Shown here one piece after another: positions 13,348-26,900 of a stretch of 64,000 nucleotides of DNA. Below the pieces are notes generated by a model, which had not been told where the DNA came from, ran no database searches, and saw nothing but the letters and a program-made list of their open reading frames with translations. Position numbers and translations under genes: made by a program. This DNA is from Antedon mediterranea (lineage: Eukaryota > Animalia > Echinodermata): the NCBI RefSeq assembly GCF_964355755.1, contig NC_092674.1, forward strand, positions 26,226,001-26,290,000, read 5' to 3'. The first letter of the stretch is position 1. Each line of letters starts with the position of its first letter.

Positions 13348-14261
13348 TCATATTAACCGAATCAACATGAAAGAAGAAACTTATCTGAAATTCTTAGAAA
13401 AGGAAATAAAAAATGCAAAATGAAAAAACTCTGCTTTAATTATTCAGTTATCCATGAATAAATATTTAATATTATTTTTGCATATCACTTATTTTGCAAT
13501 AAAAGTTTTTAAAGTAAACTTGTTTTGTTTGTTCTTTTAGTATGTTGATCCATTTTGAGTCTCTTCAGCGTGCCTATCAGATGCAAGTGTAAATTTAGAC
13601 AATTTATCAACGTCACTGCCGTCTACCACTGATGACATTACATCTGTATCTTATACAAAGCCAGACTACACAGTATTTTAGCCTATGGTCTTTTCAATAA
13701 CTACTCACACAAATGAAAAGCCAGGTTCCCTAGCCTAGCTGTGTGTATATCTGTACCCACCATGCTGTAAAATAAAAAAAATTACAAAATGAAAAAAAAA
13801 ATGGGGAAAATTTAAATTTAAGAAGTCACTCTTTCCAGTTTTAAAAATCTTTATGAAGTTTATAATACTATTTAGAAAGAAATCTTCTATTATAGATTAG
13901 GGGCCAGGCCATAAATGCCTATTTATTAAGCTACTGTAATGATGGTTGTATTTATTTGATTTGCACATCGTAGTAGCAACCTATTGTAACTCTGTCCTAG
14001 TCAATTAAATTGTCATGTAAATACCGTACACAATAAATAAAACACAATCACAAATCCTAGTCATGTCCGTCTACGATTTGACAAAAACCAAGAAACAGTC
14101 GTATTGTATATACCACAAACAGTTTACTATGAAAGCTAACAATAATTACTAATAGTATTAATTATCTATTACTGTATGTGCTGTGTACTATGTTAGGTAT
14201 TTGTATAGCTGAATCTAGAAAATCATACAGTTATAGTACAGTAATAGAATTAGTAACAATA

Positions 14262-14704
14262 TTATAACACACCTGCTTGTATTCTTAGCATTTGATTGGT
14301 TAACTATGCATCACATGTCGTTCAGAATTGGAAAAATTGATATCTAATGTTGATTAACACGCTCTAGATGCATGTTCAGCTTTTTGTAAATATTTTGAAA
14401 ATGTTTGCCTGATCTGTGTTTTGAAAATAAACTATAACTGTATTCTGCGTCTAAAGATGCAGCACTGCCCTTTTTAATGGCCTAGCATTCGTCAATTCGT
14501 CGAAAGATAAATTGAATAAAAGTACAGAAGGTGTTGATATAAAATTTGCGGTATATCAACATTTGATTTCGCCATGCAAACCTTCAAACAATACAGAAGG
14601 TGTGTTATAAAACAAATAATGAATGTTTTGTATTCATAAAATATTTCATTCAACGAAAAATTGACTGCTCATTATCCTTACCATCCAACTCAAAAACATT
14701 CATT
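14262..14704. mobile_element. Inverted-repeat element between the NUDCD2 and GEMIN5 3' ends, class uncertain
   Basis: ttataacacacctgcttgtatt (14262) pairs with aatacagaaggtgtgttataa (to 14610). A second pair, taatgaatgtttt / aaaacattcatta, spans 14617-14705. Confidence 0.5.
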
Positions 14705-14941
14705 ATTTGCATTAGTATTATTTTAGTATAGTAAAATACATATTTGATAATTTTTAGCATCAACATCAAGTATTAGTCTAACTTGTATAAATAAATAATC
14801 ACAGTACAAATTTTTCATTGAAATTAAATCTTTTTATTTAAAAAAAAAATTAATTTTTTTTGTTATTAGCCTATTTACTTGGGTATGACACGTCACCCCT
14901 ATCATCATCAAATTGTGTTATATGTCCAATACCTACCTACG

Positions 14942-17900
14942 TTAGTATGGTACTATGTCTTCATATTCCCTGAAAAAGTCTTCATGTTGTTTTGTGATTG
15001 CATATGTTTCTCCAAATACAAGGGTCATAAGTCGTAGTCTATGTATATCAGGGTGCAAGAGATCTATACGAAGCAGTTGACGCAAAAAGTATAACAACAC
15101 CATAGCACTCTCAATTGGACACGGGAAACTAGAATTCTGGAAAAGAATAATAATGAAAAATAAATAAATTGCTATTAAATCAATTCATCTGGTTTCGAAT
15201 TCAATACAAACTGGAGAATTTACTTTTCATTGACATGCTATCAGTATCAGCTTCCTTAAACTAAATTTAAATCAGAATTTGAATTACAACCAAGTTTTAC
15301 AAACTATGGTTTAGACTTGCATTAAGTCTGAAGTCTTTTTTTTTTATTTATTTGTTTTTATTTTGATTTTTGTCTGAAACAAGCTCAAGTAGTATACGTA
15401 TGAAATGCCATATGTGCCAAAATATTTATCTTTTTACTAATATTACGACAAAACTCTTAAGACTAATTATGGTCATGCTATATAGGGTGCAGTGAACATC
15501 AATACTGTATTTGGGGTTTGTTCTTTTACTAAGATAAATTTAAATAAGATTAAATGGATATTATTCAAAGAATATAACATTCTAAAATTAAAATTGAAAT
15601 TTTATGTTTAAAAATGTGCTATACTTTCAATTTACGATGACCTATGCATTCATGTGTGTCATGGACCTAGAAACAAAACTGTGTTGAAGAAAGCATGTGC
15701 AAATTTCCCTGCATGAGCACATTGAATTTATATGTCCTAACTTGTCGAATAAAAATCTCTCTACTATCTCAAAGTGAATATTGGTTGTAAAAAAACAAGA
15801 ATAAAAAAAACCCGATTTTTGTCACCTTACTGTCTTCTGGTATCCTGACCAGGACATCCATTATTTTGGTTTTTTCTTTTGTTAATATTGCTAATGTAAC
15901 TGCTGGATGTTTAAACTTTTCATACAAAGGATGACAATCCCATGTTTCTGGCAACTTTTTAACCTCAACATCTTTTCCTTTAACACACACATTGGTTGAA
16001 AGTTCATCTTGTAACCCTGTTCCCTGATTGGTTGAAAGTTTACCCTTTAATTTACATTCCACAGTTTGATTGGCTGTCTGGCTTTCTTGATCCTTATTGG
16101 TTCCTCCACAGGGATCTGCTACATCTTCCCTATGCTTAACTAGCAGATTACTAACAGCCTGCTGGATATATTTGAGACTGTCCCTTAATTTCTGGAGCTC
16201 TGCATGATCTTCTGATAGCAACACATTTGAAATAGTTCCTAATTTTGACACCAAAATGTCCATTTTCTGATCTTTCAAGGTCAGGTCGGACTCTCCACCA
16301 GCTCCTTCATCATCAATGTCTTCACATAATAAATGGTGAAAGTAAAAAGGCAGATTTGATTTTTGATGAGCCGTACTGAAGTCCCACCATATATTATAGA
16401 GTAACAAGATAGAATAGTAGCCATAGAGACTCAATTTACTACCTCTAATTGTTACTGTTTGAGAATCGTCATGTAAGTCAACTTCTAACATTTCTAGAAT
16501 ATCACAGAAACAGATTATAAATATTAATCCAAAGGCAAAATTACAATAGTGTATAAGTAATAATTATTCAAAAAGAAAGCATAATAATATGGCAAAAAAT
16601 CTTGGAAGCCAAGTGGTGCTGTGACGCCGAGTGTGACAAGATTACTAATTAACAAAAATGAATATTACGTCACACAAAAAAAACCATTTCTTTCTGTAAA
16701 ACTAAATAGGACACTGAATATGAACATTGCATTTTCTATTTTATACAGTGCTGAAATATAATGTATAGTGTACAATACAACACAAATTTGAGAATATGTA
16801 GCACAAATATATGGAAATTCTATTCAATAAATGCGAACAAAATGTGACTAAATTTAGGTAGGTTTTGACGTTTTTAATAGCCATTCTGTGTCCTATTATG
16901 TGACCAGCAGAATAACTGTACTGTACCTTTGTTTAAAGTAAGGCAAAAGAGAACCTTCTCCATGTCGTAGTAGCCATCATCATGGCATAGCGTAACAGCA
17001 TGTAACCAATGTTCTGATGCTTTATCTTGACTTCCTGTAAGATGACCTAAGGTCAAGTCTATTGCTACTTGAATCAAAACCTATAAGAAAAAGAGGAAAA
17101 GTTTTGTTTGAACTTGAAGTGAATTTTAATTTGATTGAAATGCTAATACACAAAATTCATTATACATAGATACGGAAGGAAAAATTTCAGGCGAGATCAG
17201 TGGCATAATGGTCTGAGTCTTATGGAGTACCTGGCCATCCAAATATGTCGAAAAAAAGGTTAAAAACTCCCAAAGCCTCCAACTTTGGAGGGCATTCCTA
17301 AACCAGTGGCCTCAGACCTCTGTGTAACACTAATAAGGATAGTAGCATGTTTCCTTTTGTAGTCATCCTTGTAACTAACATGCAAATTAGATCCTAATTA
17401 GTTTATTTTATTTATTTATTATTACTTCTTTATACTGGGTAGCCTCTTTAGTCAAAGACTGTTCTCCCGGTTATGACCAGTGGCTGTGTTTGTGTACTAG
17501 TACATGGAGGTAACCATCCTCTACTTGTCTCGAAAAATGTACTAGGTTCTTTAAAGTGCACATGAGCTAGATGTGTACACTGGACCTACGGTTTATAGTC
17601 CTTATCCGAGAAGACTCGTTCTACCACCAGAACCATGGAGCAAGTGAGCCTCGAAGCCTTGCCGACGTTATAGATACGTATTTACAGTTCCATTGTCTTA
17701 ACCGCTCGGCCACTATAACATCAAATTTACCTGTGAAAAAGACATAGTTCCTCCAATGGATTGCCTACACTGTAGAAGACTTTCATACACAGATTTCACA
17801 TCAATGCCTTTCTGGATCTTGGCTTGATACTTGTCAATGATGTATGGTATGCACCGTTTATTTTCAATTTCATAACGTGGCCATGAGGATAAATCATCAA

Positions 17901-20900
17901 TTACTATAAAATAAATGTATTGTCACCAAAAACATGATAAATAAAGATAAATAAAATCAGACCATTTTGTAGTTTTAATCAAGTTATTCACTTCCGTAGA
18001 AAAAAAGAGCAAAAAAAATGGTTTTACTTGTAAAAAGACTACATAAACTGAAAACAGTTTAACCAAAAACCCAATGTTTTTTCAGGAGTAAATTTTTTTT
18101 CTCGATCCAGTTTTTGGTTAAAGTTAATGACTATGCAACATTTTCATTTTATTTATTAATTCGACATCATGTCCTGGACCGGAAAAGCAACAGAGTAACC
18201 AGATAAAACTTAGCTACATAAAATTAATATCAATATACAGTTCAAAATACATTACAAAATTTAAAAACAAGAAAGAGAGGAAAAAGAAAAAGCATTAAAA
18301 TGACATTTAATTTATTAATTTAAAAATGTTCAGGGGGGGGGGGGGTCTTTAAAGATACACTTCATTGGTATCGTATTGTATACATAACAATAACATGCTT
18401 GCACTGTGAAATTGTTACTCAAATTTAATGTTTCTGGTTACGTAGCAGATATAGTATGTACAATTAACTGAAATGTTAATGTTAATCAGTGTTGCATTTC
18501 AGAATTTAGGTTGCATTTGATTTGATCACAAAATCTAAACAAACTTTTTTCAAGAACAGTAATTTTAAACATCCGTAAATTCATAATTTAACACACAAAA
18601 TAATAAAATAATACTGACCATTTTCAGATTTGATATTGAGATCTGTAAAAGTTATTTCCATGTCGCTAAACATTGATTCATTAACATCTTTTAGACAGCT
18701 AACGAGTACCTCATGAACTTCTAATAAAATCTGCAAATGCTAGCAGTAAGAAAGAAAATAAGGATAAGGTTAATCAACTTTACAGTATAGTCACTGTAGT
18801 AAATACAATATAAAGACATACAGGATATCATTATCATACACATAGGGATCTTTCCTTTAATCTCAAATTGTAGCATATCCATATGAAACAATGGTCATGA
18901 AATTTACTTGAAGAACCAAACAGCTGATCTAAGTTTAAAGCCTTGATCGCACCGGACTTAATTTGGTAAAATTTACCAAGTCGCCGTTGTTATCGTCATT
19001 CATGTTATCGGCAATCATAGTTGTTAACCTCACAGTTAACATTTGGTAAAACCATGTTAAAACTAACTGTATACGAACAATGGTTACATTTTCTGATGAT
19101 ATTGCGTAAAGTTACCGCAGGTAAATAAAAAGTCCAGTCCAGTGCAAATCAGGCTTAAGTAGTTTGTGTTCCCATTACATTTACAGGGGACAGGGTAACA
19201 TTTTATTGATAATGGAAAACTAGGTAATGTATGGTGAGGAGGATATCGGATATATGTCTGATTTTAAGTCAATAATACAACAAAATATAAGAACACAAGT
19301 ACATACCATAACATTATCTATATTTTTTATGACTGATTGTGCTTCTTTCCAACTGTAACTTTGTAGGTTTTCAAACACGAACGTAGACACCAGCAAGGAA
19401 GCCGCATCCATCTCTCTGGAAATGGTTGCAACCTTCAGAGCAGTTGTTAAAGACTGTCTGTCACCTTTCCTGGACAGTAGTCGGACAGCTGACACCGGTT
19501 CACCAATTTGCATGCAACTAAAAAACCAGATATATCAATATTACAGAAGTAAATTTCTCTTTATTCATAAAACAAACAAAATACATAACAAAAAAAGAAT
19601 AGAAAAAATGTTATAATGATAAAAAGGAACATCCAGGAAATCCTAAAGGGGCTTGTAATAGGACGCCACTAAAAACTAGTTACATTAAGATACAACAACA
19701 ACAAAATAAATAAATAGACGAATAGACCATTGATCAACAGAGGACGCACATTATTAAGGAATACAATTGCCGGGATAACCACATACCAGGTGAGGTTCAA
19801 ACCTCTATTAACAAGAAACTTAGGGCACCACTGAATAGGTGTGTCATATACTGCCTTTGTAAATTTCACAAGAAAGTGCCATTTTTATAAGAGTGTCCCA
19901 AAGAGGTCTTCTACTGTAGTACAAAAAGTGTAGCATTTAACAAACAGCACTTACCATTTGGCGGCTTGCTCGTAGTTTCCTTCCGATTCCAACACCTTGG
20001 CCCACTTTGTGTACAAGTCCTTCAACACAGGATCCAAAGGTGACAGACGAACACGCGCTAAGCTTATGGCTTCTCTACAAAGATAGTAAAAATACAGCAT
20101 TGTAGCACTACATGTAGCACATGGGATCATCACAATTTCTCGGTGTTACAGCAAGGTTAATCCAAGTATGCATATCTATTATATTCAAACACATTTTTGA
20201 AAATCAGTCATATTGTACCAACATAGAGATATGCTGGGCCCAGATTCTGGTGCCAAGATAAAACATGAATAATGGGTGTTTAAGTACAGAACCATTCATA
20301 CTAACTTATTACATATTAATAGTGTGAATGTGATTGAACATAAGCCAGAGTTTTCTCCTGTCACCTGAATGAATCCAGGCACAGTGTGGACAAAGGTTAA
20401 GTTTTCCTCACCATACCAATCTATGCCTTAGAGGAACCAGCTTTACCTTAATCTTTTGTGCTGACTCAGCACTTCAATGGCCTCATACACCTTATGACAA
20501 GCAAGGTAGTATGTTGCTGCCTTTGAATAAAACTCAAAATGTACAAGCTGGTTAGCATAGGCTTCAGCAGTAGCGAGAAATACATCATGTCCACCTTTGT
20601 TGAAGAAAAAGAATTTTAATCTTTTTTTAAAAATTAAAAAATCATGACATTTAAACTGGCAAAAAACCAAAAAATAAAATGAAGGAAGACTTTTAACAAT
20701 TGTTAACGCTTTGTCTACACTATCAAACTAGTTTGACAAAAAAAGTGTGCCCAAATATGGTAGTGATATAACCAAAATATGGTAGTGATATGACATCATC
20801 ATGTCATATAGGCACATCACATTTTTTTGTCACATAAAGTTTGATAGTGTAGACAGAGCTTTCCTACACTACATTATATATGCTACAAAGAGAGAAAGCT

Positions 20901-23900
20901 TTACCCAACCTTTGCAATTACACGCGTCTGTCCATACATTTTTTAAATGACCGGAATTGTAAACAACATTTGAAACTTAACTAGATGGGGATGCGGGAGT
21001 AAAAAAAAAACCACTATCTTTCCTAATTTTTTCCTACTTACCAAGTGTTGACATGGTAACAAGGTGATCTGTGAGTTGTTGTTTTTCAGTTGCTTCTTTC
21101 AATACTCCTCCAATGTTTCCTTTCCACAACTCCAGACAATAATACGACTCCAAGTTGGCCGACTCCATATGGTGTTTTTCTATTAAGAATTCAAAATTGA
21201 ATCATGATTTGAAGATTAAAGATAAAATTATTTTTTAAACAAATGGAAAAAAACAACTACCTTCTTCTCTGAACATGGCATAGGCTTCTCTTCTAGTTCC
21301 GAACAGTCCTAGGTGAGTTTGGTCACCTGAACCTGCCGACATCTCTGAATTGCCAGTACCTAGAACATACAAATATTTTCATTCACTATACAGAAATCTG
21401 TTATAAAGTTATTACAAATTGACTTTTCATCTCGCACAGGAAGCAATCGTATATTTTTCATTCAAAAACTTTGTGATAAGGTCAAAGGTTATACAAACCA
21501 TATTTCATTTCTGCAATTTTGATACAATCTTCTTGCAAACTTTGTTTGCCTCTGTTATCCAGACTTGCACTTATTGGAAACAACGACTTTACTTTTCTTC
21601 TCTTTTTGCCCTCAGCTAAAAGAAAATAAATTGATTTTAAGTAGAAAGATTAAAGCCAAAGTTCATTAAATTTTTCTAAAAATCAAGGCAAGATTTTTAA
21701 AATCGATATGCATAATTTGTAAATCTTTTGGAAATTTATATAATTAGGCAATATGCCAAGGATAACCATAAGCGAATTCATTCACTATCCTTCTTAAAGG
21801 TAGCAATCCTGTTCACAAGGCAAACATATACACAAGATCCTCTACATAAACAAAGTCTTATTACATTATTCTTTGGGAGTGGAGTTTAAATTTGTCATTA
21901 GAACAAATCCTGACATGACAGGACTTTGGATTGGTAGCCAAGCATCATAACCACCAAGCCACAACTTTATTGGAGATACTACGTATTTAAAAAAATGCAC
22001 TTACATTTTTTTAGTTTACATGTGATGACCTCTACTTGTTCTGAGACATTTCTACCGGCATCTCCAGCATTATTGAGGACTCTTGAGACATCAACTCTTG
22101 CATCTCCTTCTTCATCAATATCTCTTAATTGTTCCAAACCAGCAATTACAGGTGCCTTACCGGAACCTTCTTCTACCGTGTCCGACATCTCTTTGACTGT
22201 TTCTGGCACTGGATCAGTTTCAGCCCTCTCTTTGACTGCCTTCTCCTCTAAAATTTCTTTTTTTCTTTGTTCAAGCAGTTCATCGAATGACATTTCACTT
22301 GGTAGTTTTGAAACTTGGTTATCTTCAATATTCACATCAATTTTGCTGCTGGTTGACTTTTTCTCCTTTTTGTTTTTTGTCTTTCCCCTAGGCCTGGAAT
22401 ATATCATTTGTTGAGCCTCTTTTTTATCTAAACATACAAATATTTTCATATAAATAATCTGTGTAAACAAAAGTAGTATCTATGTATACCATATAGGTCC
22501 AAGAAAATAATAACTATACAGATTTTTTGTCTTAAATTGTTTATCCAATAAAGCTCTTGGTCTACACTATCAAACTAGTTTGACAAAAAATTGTGATGTG
22601 CCCAAATATGGTAGTAATATGACATCATCTTGTCCATATAGGGGCACATAGGGGCCATGTCAAAATTATTATACTACAATAACTGCATTTTGATTATAAC
22701 CTCTTCATGCAATTAATTAGCTAGTGACTGCCTCATAATCTTCTACATTGAAACTAAAATAATACGTTATACATGATTTCTGTAGAAAAAATAAGTGTTT
22801 ACTTTTTGGAGGCTTTGTGTGCTGTTGTTTGGATACATTCCATTTCATCAATGTAAAATCATCACCGCCACTGAAGACAATGTCCTCATCCATAACACTC
22901 CATTCCACCGCAAGGACACGTCCGGAATGACCACGGAAGTTGGCTACGGGATCACCTTTTTTTAGGACATCCCAAACCTTATTTATTAAAACGAGGATTT
23001 TGATAAATTAATATAATATAGATTGCATAGATTGTTGTGTGTATTCAATTCATTCATTTTCTTTATTTTGGATAGTACATCGTGGAGGGCGTGTGGCGCA
23101 GTGTGTTGGACGTTGGACTACCGATCGTCAGACCTAGGTTCGAATCCAACTCTCGCCGCATTGCTTGTATCCGTAGGCAAGATACTTTACTTACGTTGCC
23201 TCTCTCCACCCAGGTGTATAAATGGGTACCCAGTTAGATCTAGACACAACTGCGCTGGTTACCGGCTGCATTATGGGAGTATGTTTCCATACGTGTTTGA
23301 TCCCAAAAAATACTGGGGTAATAATGCTTGTAAAGCGCCTTTGAGCATGATTACTCATGAAAAGGGCGCTATATAAATCTGGTATTATTATTATTATATA
23401 CAAGTCATACAAAACAAAAAGAGAAATAAATTCAGCAGGAAATACCAGACTAGTAACATGAAAGAAAGAACTGGAATGTTTAAAGTAGATAGAACTGGAA
23501 TGAACTGGAATGTTTAAAGTAGATAGAACTGGAATGAACTGGAATGAACTGGAATGTTTAAAGTAGATAGAATTTTGTATCATAATTAGCATTTATTCAT
23601 TTCCATTAAATTCTTTACCTGTACAGTTCCATCATAAGAAGCTGACGCTAGTTTTCCATCTCTAGCAGGATTCCACGACAGATTTGTCACTTTCATCGTA
23701 TGTCCATGAAGCACACAGAAACTAGTGGAAATTTGTTTACTCCCCTGTTGAGATTCATCACCATTGAGAGCATCCTTTAAATCATACACATGTATCATTG
23801 GTTCACTGGATCCAGAGGCTAACCAGTACCTGTGATCTGATTGGTTGTCGGATAGTGATTCTGATTGATCAGAACTTTGAAGATTAGGAAACCATTTAAG

Positions 23901-26900
23901 ACAGTTTATTAACTTGTGTTGAACAAATATATTACATAGATGAAGGAGATTTGGTGCATGAAAGATTTCAATTGATCTGAAAATGAAGAATAAAACAAAA
24001 TGTCAGCAATTATAACCTCTTAGTATTTCATCATTGTGAATTTGATAATATTAAACACTAACTCACCCATCCTCATTGCCAATAGCCACCACATCACCTT
24101 CAGGCTTCCATGATAACTCAGTTCTTTGAGGTATAACATTCTATTGAATAAATGATATATCAATTTAGTTATATAGGTTAAAAGATTATCAGTTTGTTAT
24201 TTCCTAGAGAGCTTAATATTGTAGAACCCTCATTTGGGACACCCTATTCAGGGCTATTTAAGGACAGAGAGACGCTTTCCAGCAAACACAATTTATGAGG
24301 GGACATTATATAATAATGCTATCCACAGAAAACATTAAAAAGACACCTTGTTGGGTCTCAGAGGTATACTCATAATTCTAATATATTTGTTAAAACTCTT
24401 ATTTAAACTACAGGTTCAAGATACTCAAGATCAGACCATTGTTCTGGTGGTAGAACAAGTCTTCTCGGATAAGGACTTAAAACAGGAGGTCCAGTGTACA
24501 CATTTGGCTCATGTGCACTTTAAAGAACACAGTACATCTTTCGGAAGAGTAGGGTTACCCTGGTGTACTGTTCCATTCAGCCCTTGTCGATGTGGACAGA
24601 CGAACAGGCGCCGTTAGGTGGCAGCACTTGACAAGAAGGGACTCTTAGGAGAAATGAAAGTTGTGGTATGTGTCAACCACACCTGTGCTCAATTCAGCCC
24701 AGTAGGCTGCAAGTAGCAAGTTATTCTCCCATTTACATTTACTATACATTTATAGTTGAACATGCTTAGCTGATACTGTACGTTACCTTAACATCATTTG
24801 TAGCTGAAATAATGTGATTAATATTAACTGCATCTGCATCTAGTTTATCAGGATTGTGTTGGAAAATAACACCCTCGCCAGCACAGCTATACAAACAAAA
24901 TGACTGCTTCTCTTCCGAGATTGCTAAAGATAACAAAAAACAATAAAATGCTTAAATTGCCATGTTTGTCATTGTCAGCGTTCAACATGTGACAACACAG
25001 TTGGTATTCAGAAATAGGTCTGTTTGTTGTCAAATTTGATTTAAAAGAATTTACAATACAGTATTAGTGTAGTAATGCATTTACTTTGATTCAATATTGT
25101 ACGGTGGCATGTTTGATAGTCAGTGGCACAATAAGAAGACACTTTCTTAACCCAATAAAGTGTCCCCTTAATAGTGGTTATATTGTGAAAGCATATAACG
25201 CCTATCATTTCACATAAAAATGTCCCTTCAATAGAGTTGTTTGTCTTTCTGTCCCAAGGGCAGGGTTCTACTGGATGTGTAAATAAAGAATAAATTATGT
25301 TAATTAATTTTAACCAATGTTATCTTACAATTGTTAGAACAGACTGGTCCCCAGCAAACACGATACACGGTCCTTTTATGGTAAGTACTTGACAAACGAG
25401 GTGGTCTGTAATAAAGAGGAAACAGTTAACTCTGTATCATTCAAGAAAAGTCTAACTTGTTTATTTTAAAGCTCTGTCTACACTATCTTTATGTGACAAA
25501 AAAATGTGATGTGCCCATATATGGACATGATGATGTCATATCACTACCATATTCAAGCATATCACTACCATATTCAAGCATATCCCTACCATATTCAAGC
25601 ATATCACTACCATATTTAAACATATCACAAGAAAAGTTTAACTTGATTATTTCAAAGCTCTGTCTACACTATCAAACTTTATGTGACAAAAAAGTGTGAT
25701 GTACCCATATATGGACATGATGATGTCATATCACTACCATATTCAAGCATATCACTACCATATTCAAGCATATCACTACCATATTTGGGCACATCAATCT
25801 AGTTTGATAGTGTAGACTGAGCTTTACTCAACATTATAATAAATGCTATTGATGATAATAATGAATGAAGTCACTTACTTATTAGAAAATACACCATATA
25901 TTCCTACTCTACCATCATCTGTTCCGTAAGCTAACCATCCCTCAATCTTTGGGTGCCATGACAACTGTAAACAAATCATTAGAAAGAAACGGTGAATGTC
26001 TCAATCCACAGGTACTATATTTTAACATTGTATGAATGTATAAGCTCTACACTATCAGAATTTCTGTGACAAAAAAATGTGATGTACCTATATATGGACC
26101 ATATTTGGGTATATCACTACCATATTTGGGTATATCACTACCATATTTGGGTATATCACTGCCATGTTTGGGCACATCACACTTTTTTTTGTCAAACTAG
26201 TTCGATATTGTAGCCAGAGCTTTAAAAAATTACTGAAACATTAAAAGGAAGAATATATTGAAAACAACGTACAGCTGTGACCTTTGACTTGATGCCTTGC
26301 CAGAATGTACTGATGTCATGCTGGTTGGCAAGCGAAGAAGTATTCCAGATTCGGATTAGGTTATCTCCTGACCCAATAGCTAGTCGTCCAGGATCATGAG
26401 GTGAAGTGTCCAAACAGTACAAAAAACCACCTAAAGATGGCATGTTCCATTCTGATTGTAGGGTATCCATGTTCCATTTTATTATCTTTGAATAAATACA
26501 TTAAATTAATTTTAATCTACTCTACACTTAACTCCACACATTACTTTTATTTGGGATGATAGAGAAACAGAAGTGAGTTCTGTTTACTTTCCACAATTGT
26601 CACGGTTTGTTTAGTCAATTGATAATTTATTTACCATTTTGAAACAAAAGTTTGCTATTGTTAGAAATGCAAGTTATTGAACAGAATAGTAAATGTAGAA
26701 CCCTCATTTGGGACACCCCTATTCAGGTAGTGGCGTAATAGATATGAGCGCTTGCTGGCTAAACCCAGGGGCCCCAGAACTCATAGGGCCCAAGAGCTCA
26801 TAGGGCCCAAGAGCTCATAGGGCCCCAGAGTAAGTCCAATGCAACTACCCAGCCCTACCGGCTCTTTAGGAGTGCTAAACCAGGGGCCTTTGCTCTGTGC

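Noticed and set aside
21995-22414. 139-aa Ser-rich + strand ORF
   Set aside because: Antisense shadow of the Glu/Lys-rich GEMIN5 exon 13.
23084-23160. tRNA gene
   Set aside because: A and B boxes are present, but the sequence continues into a SINE core and L2-type tail, and no clean cloverleaf could be drawn.
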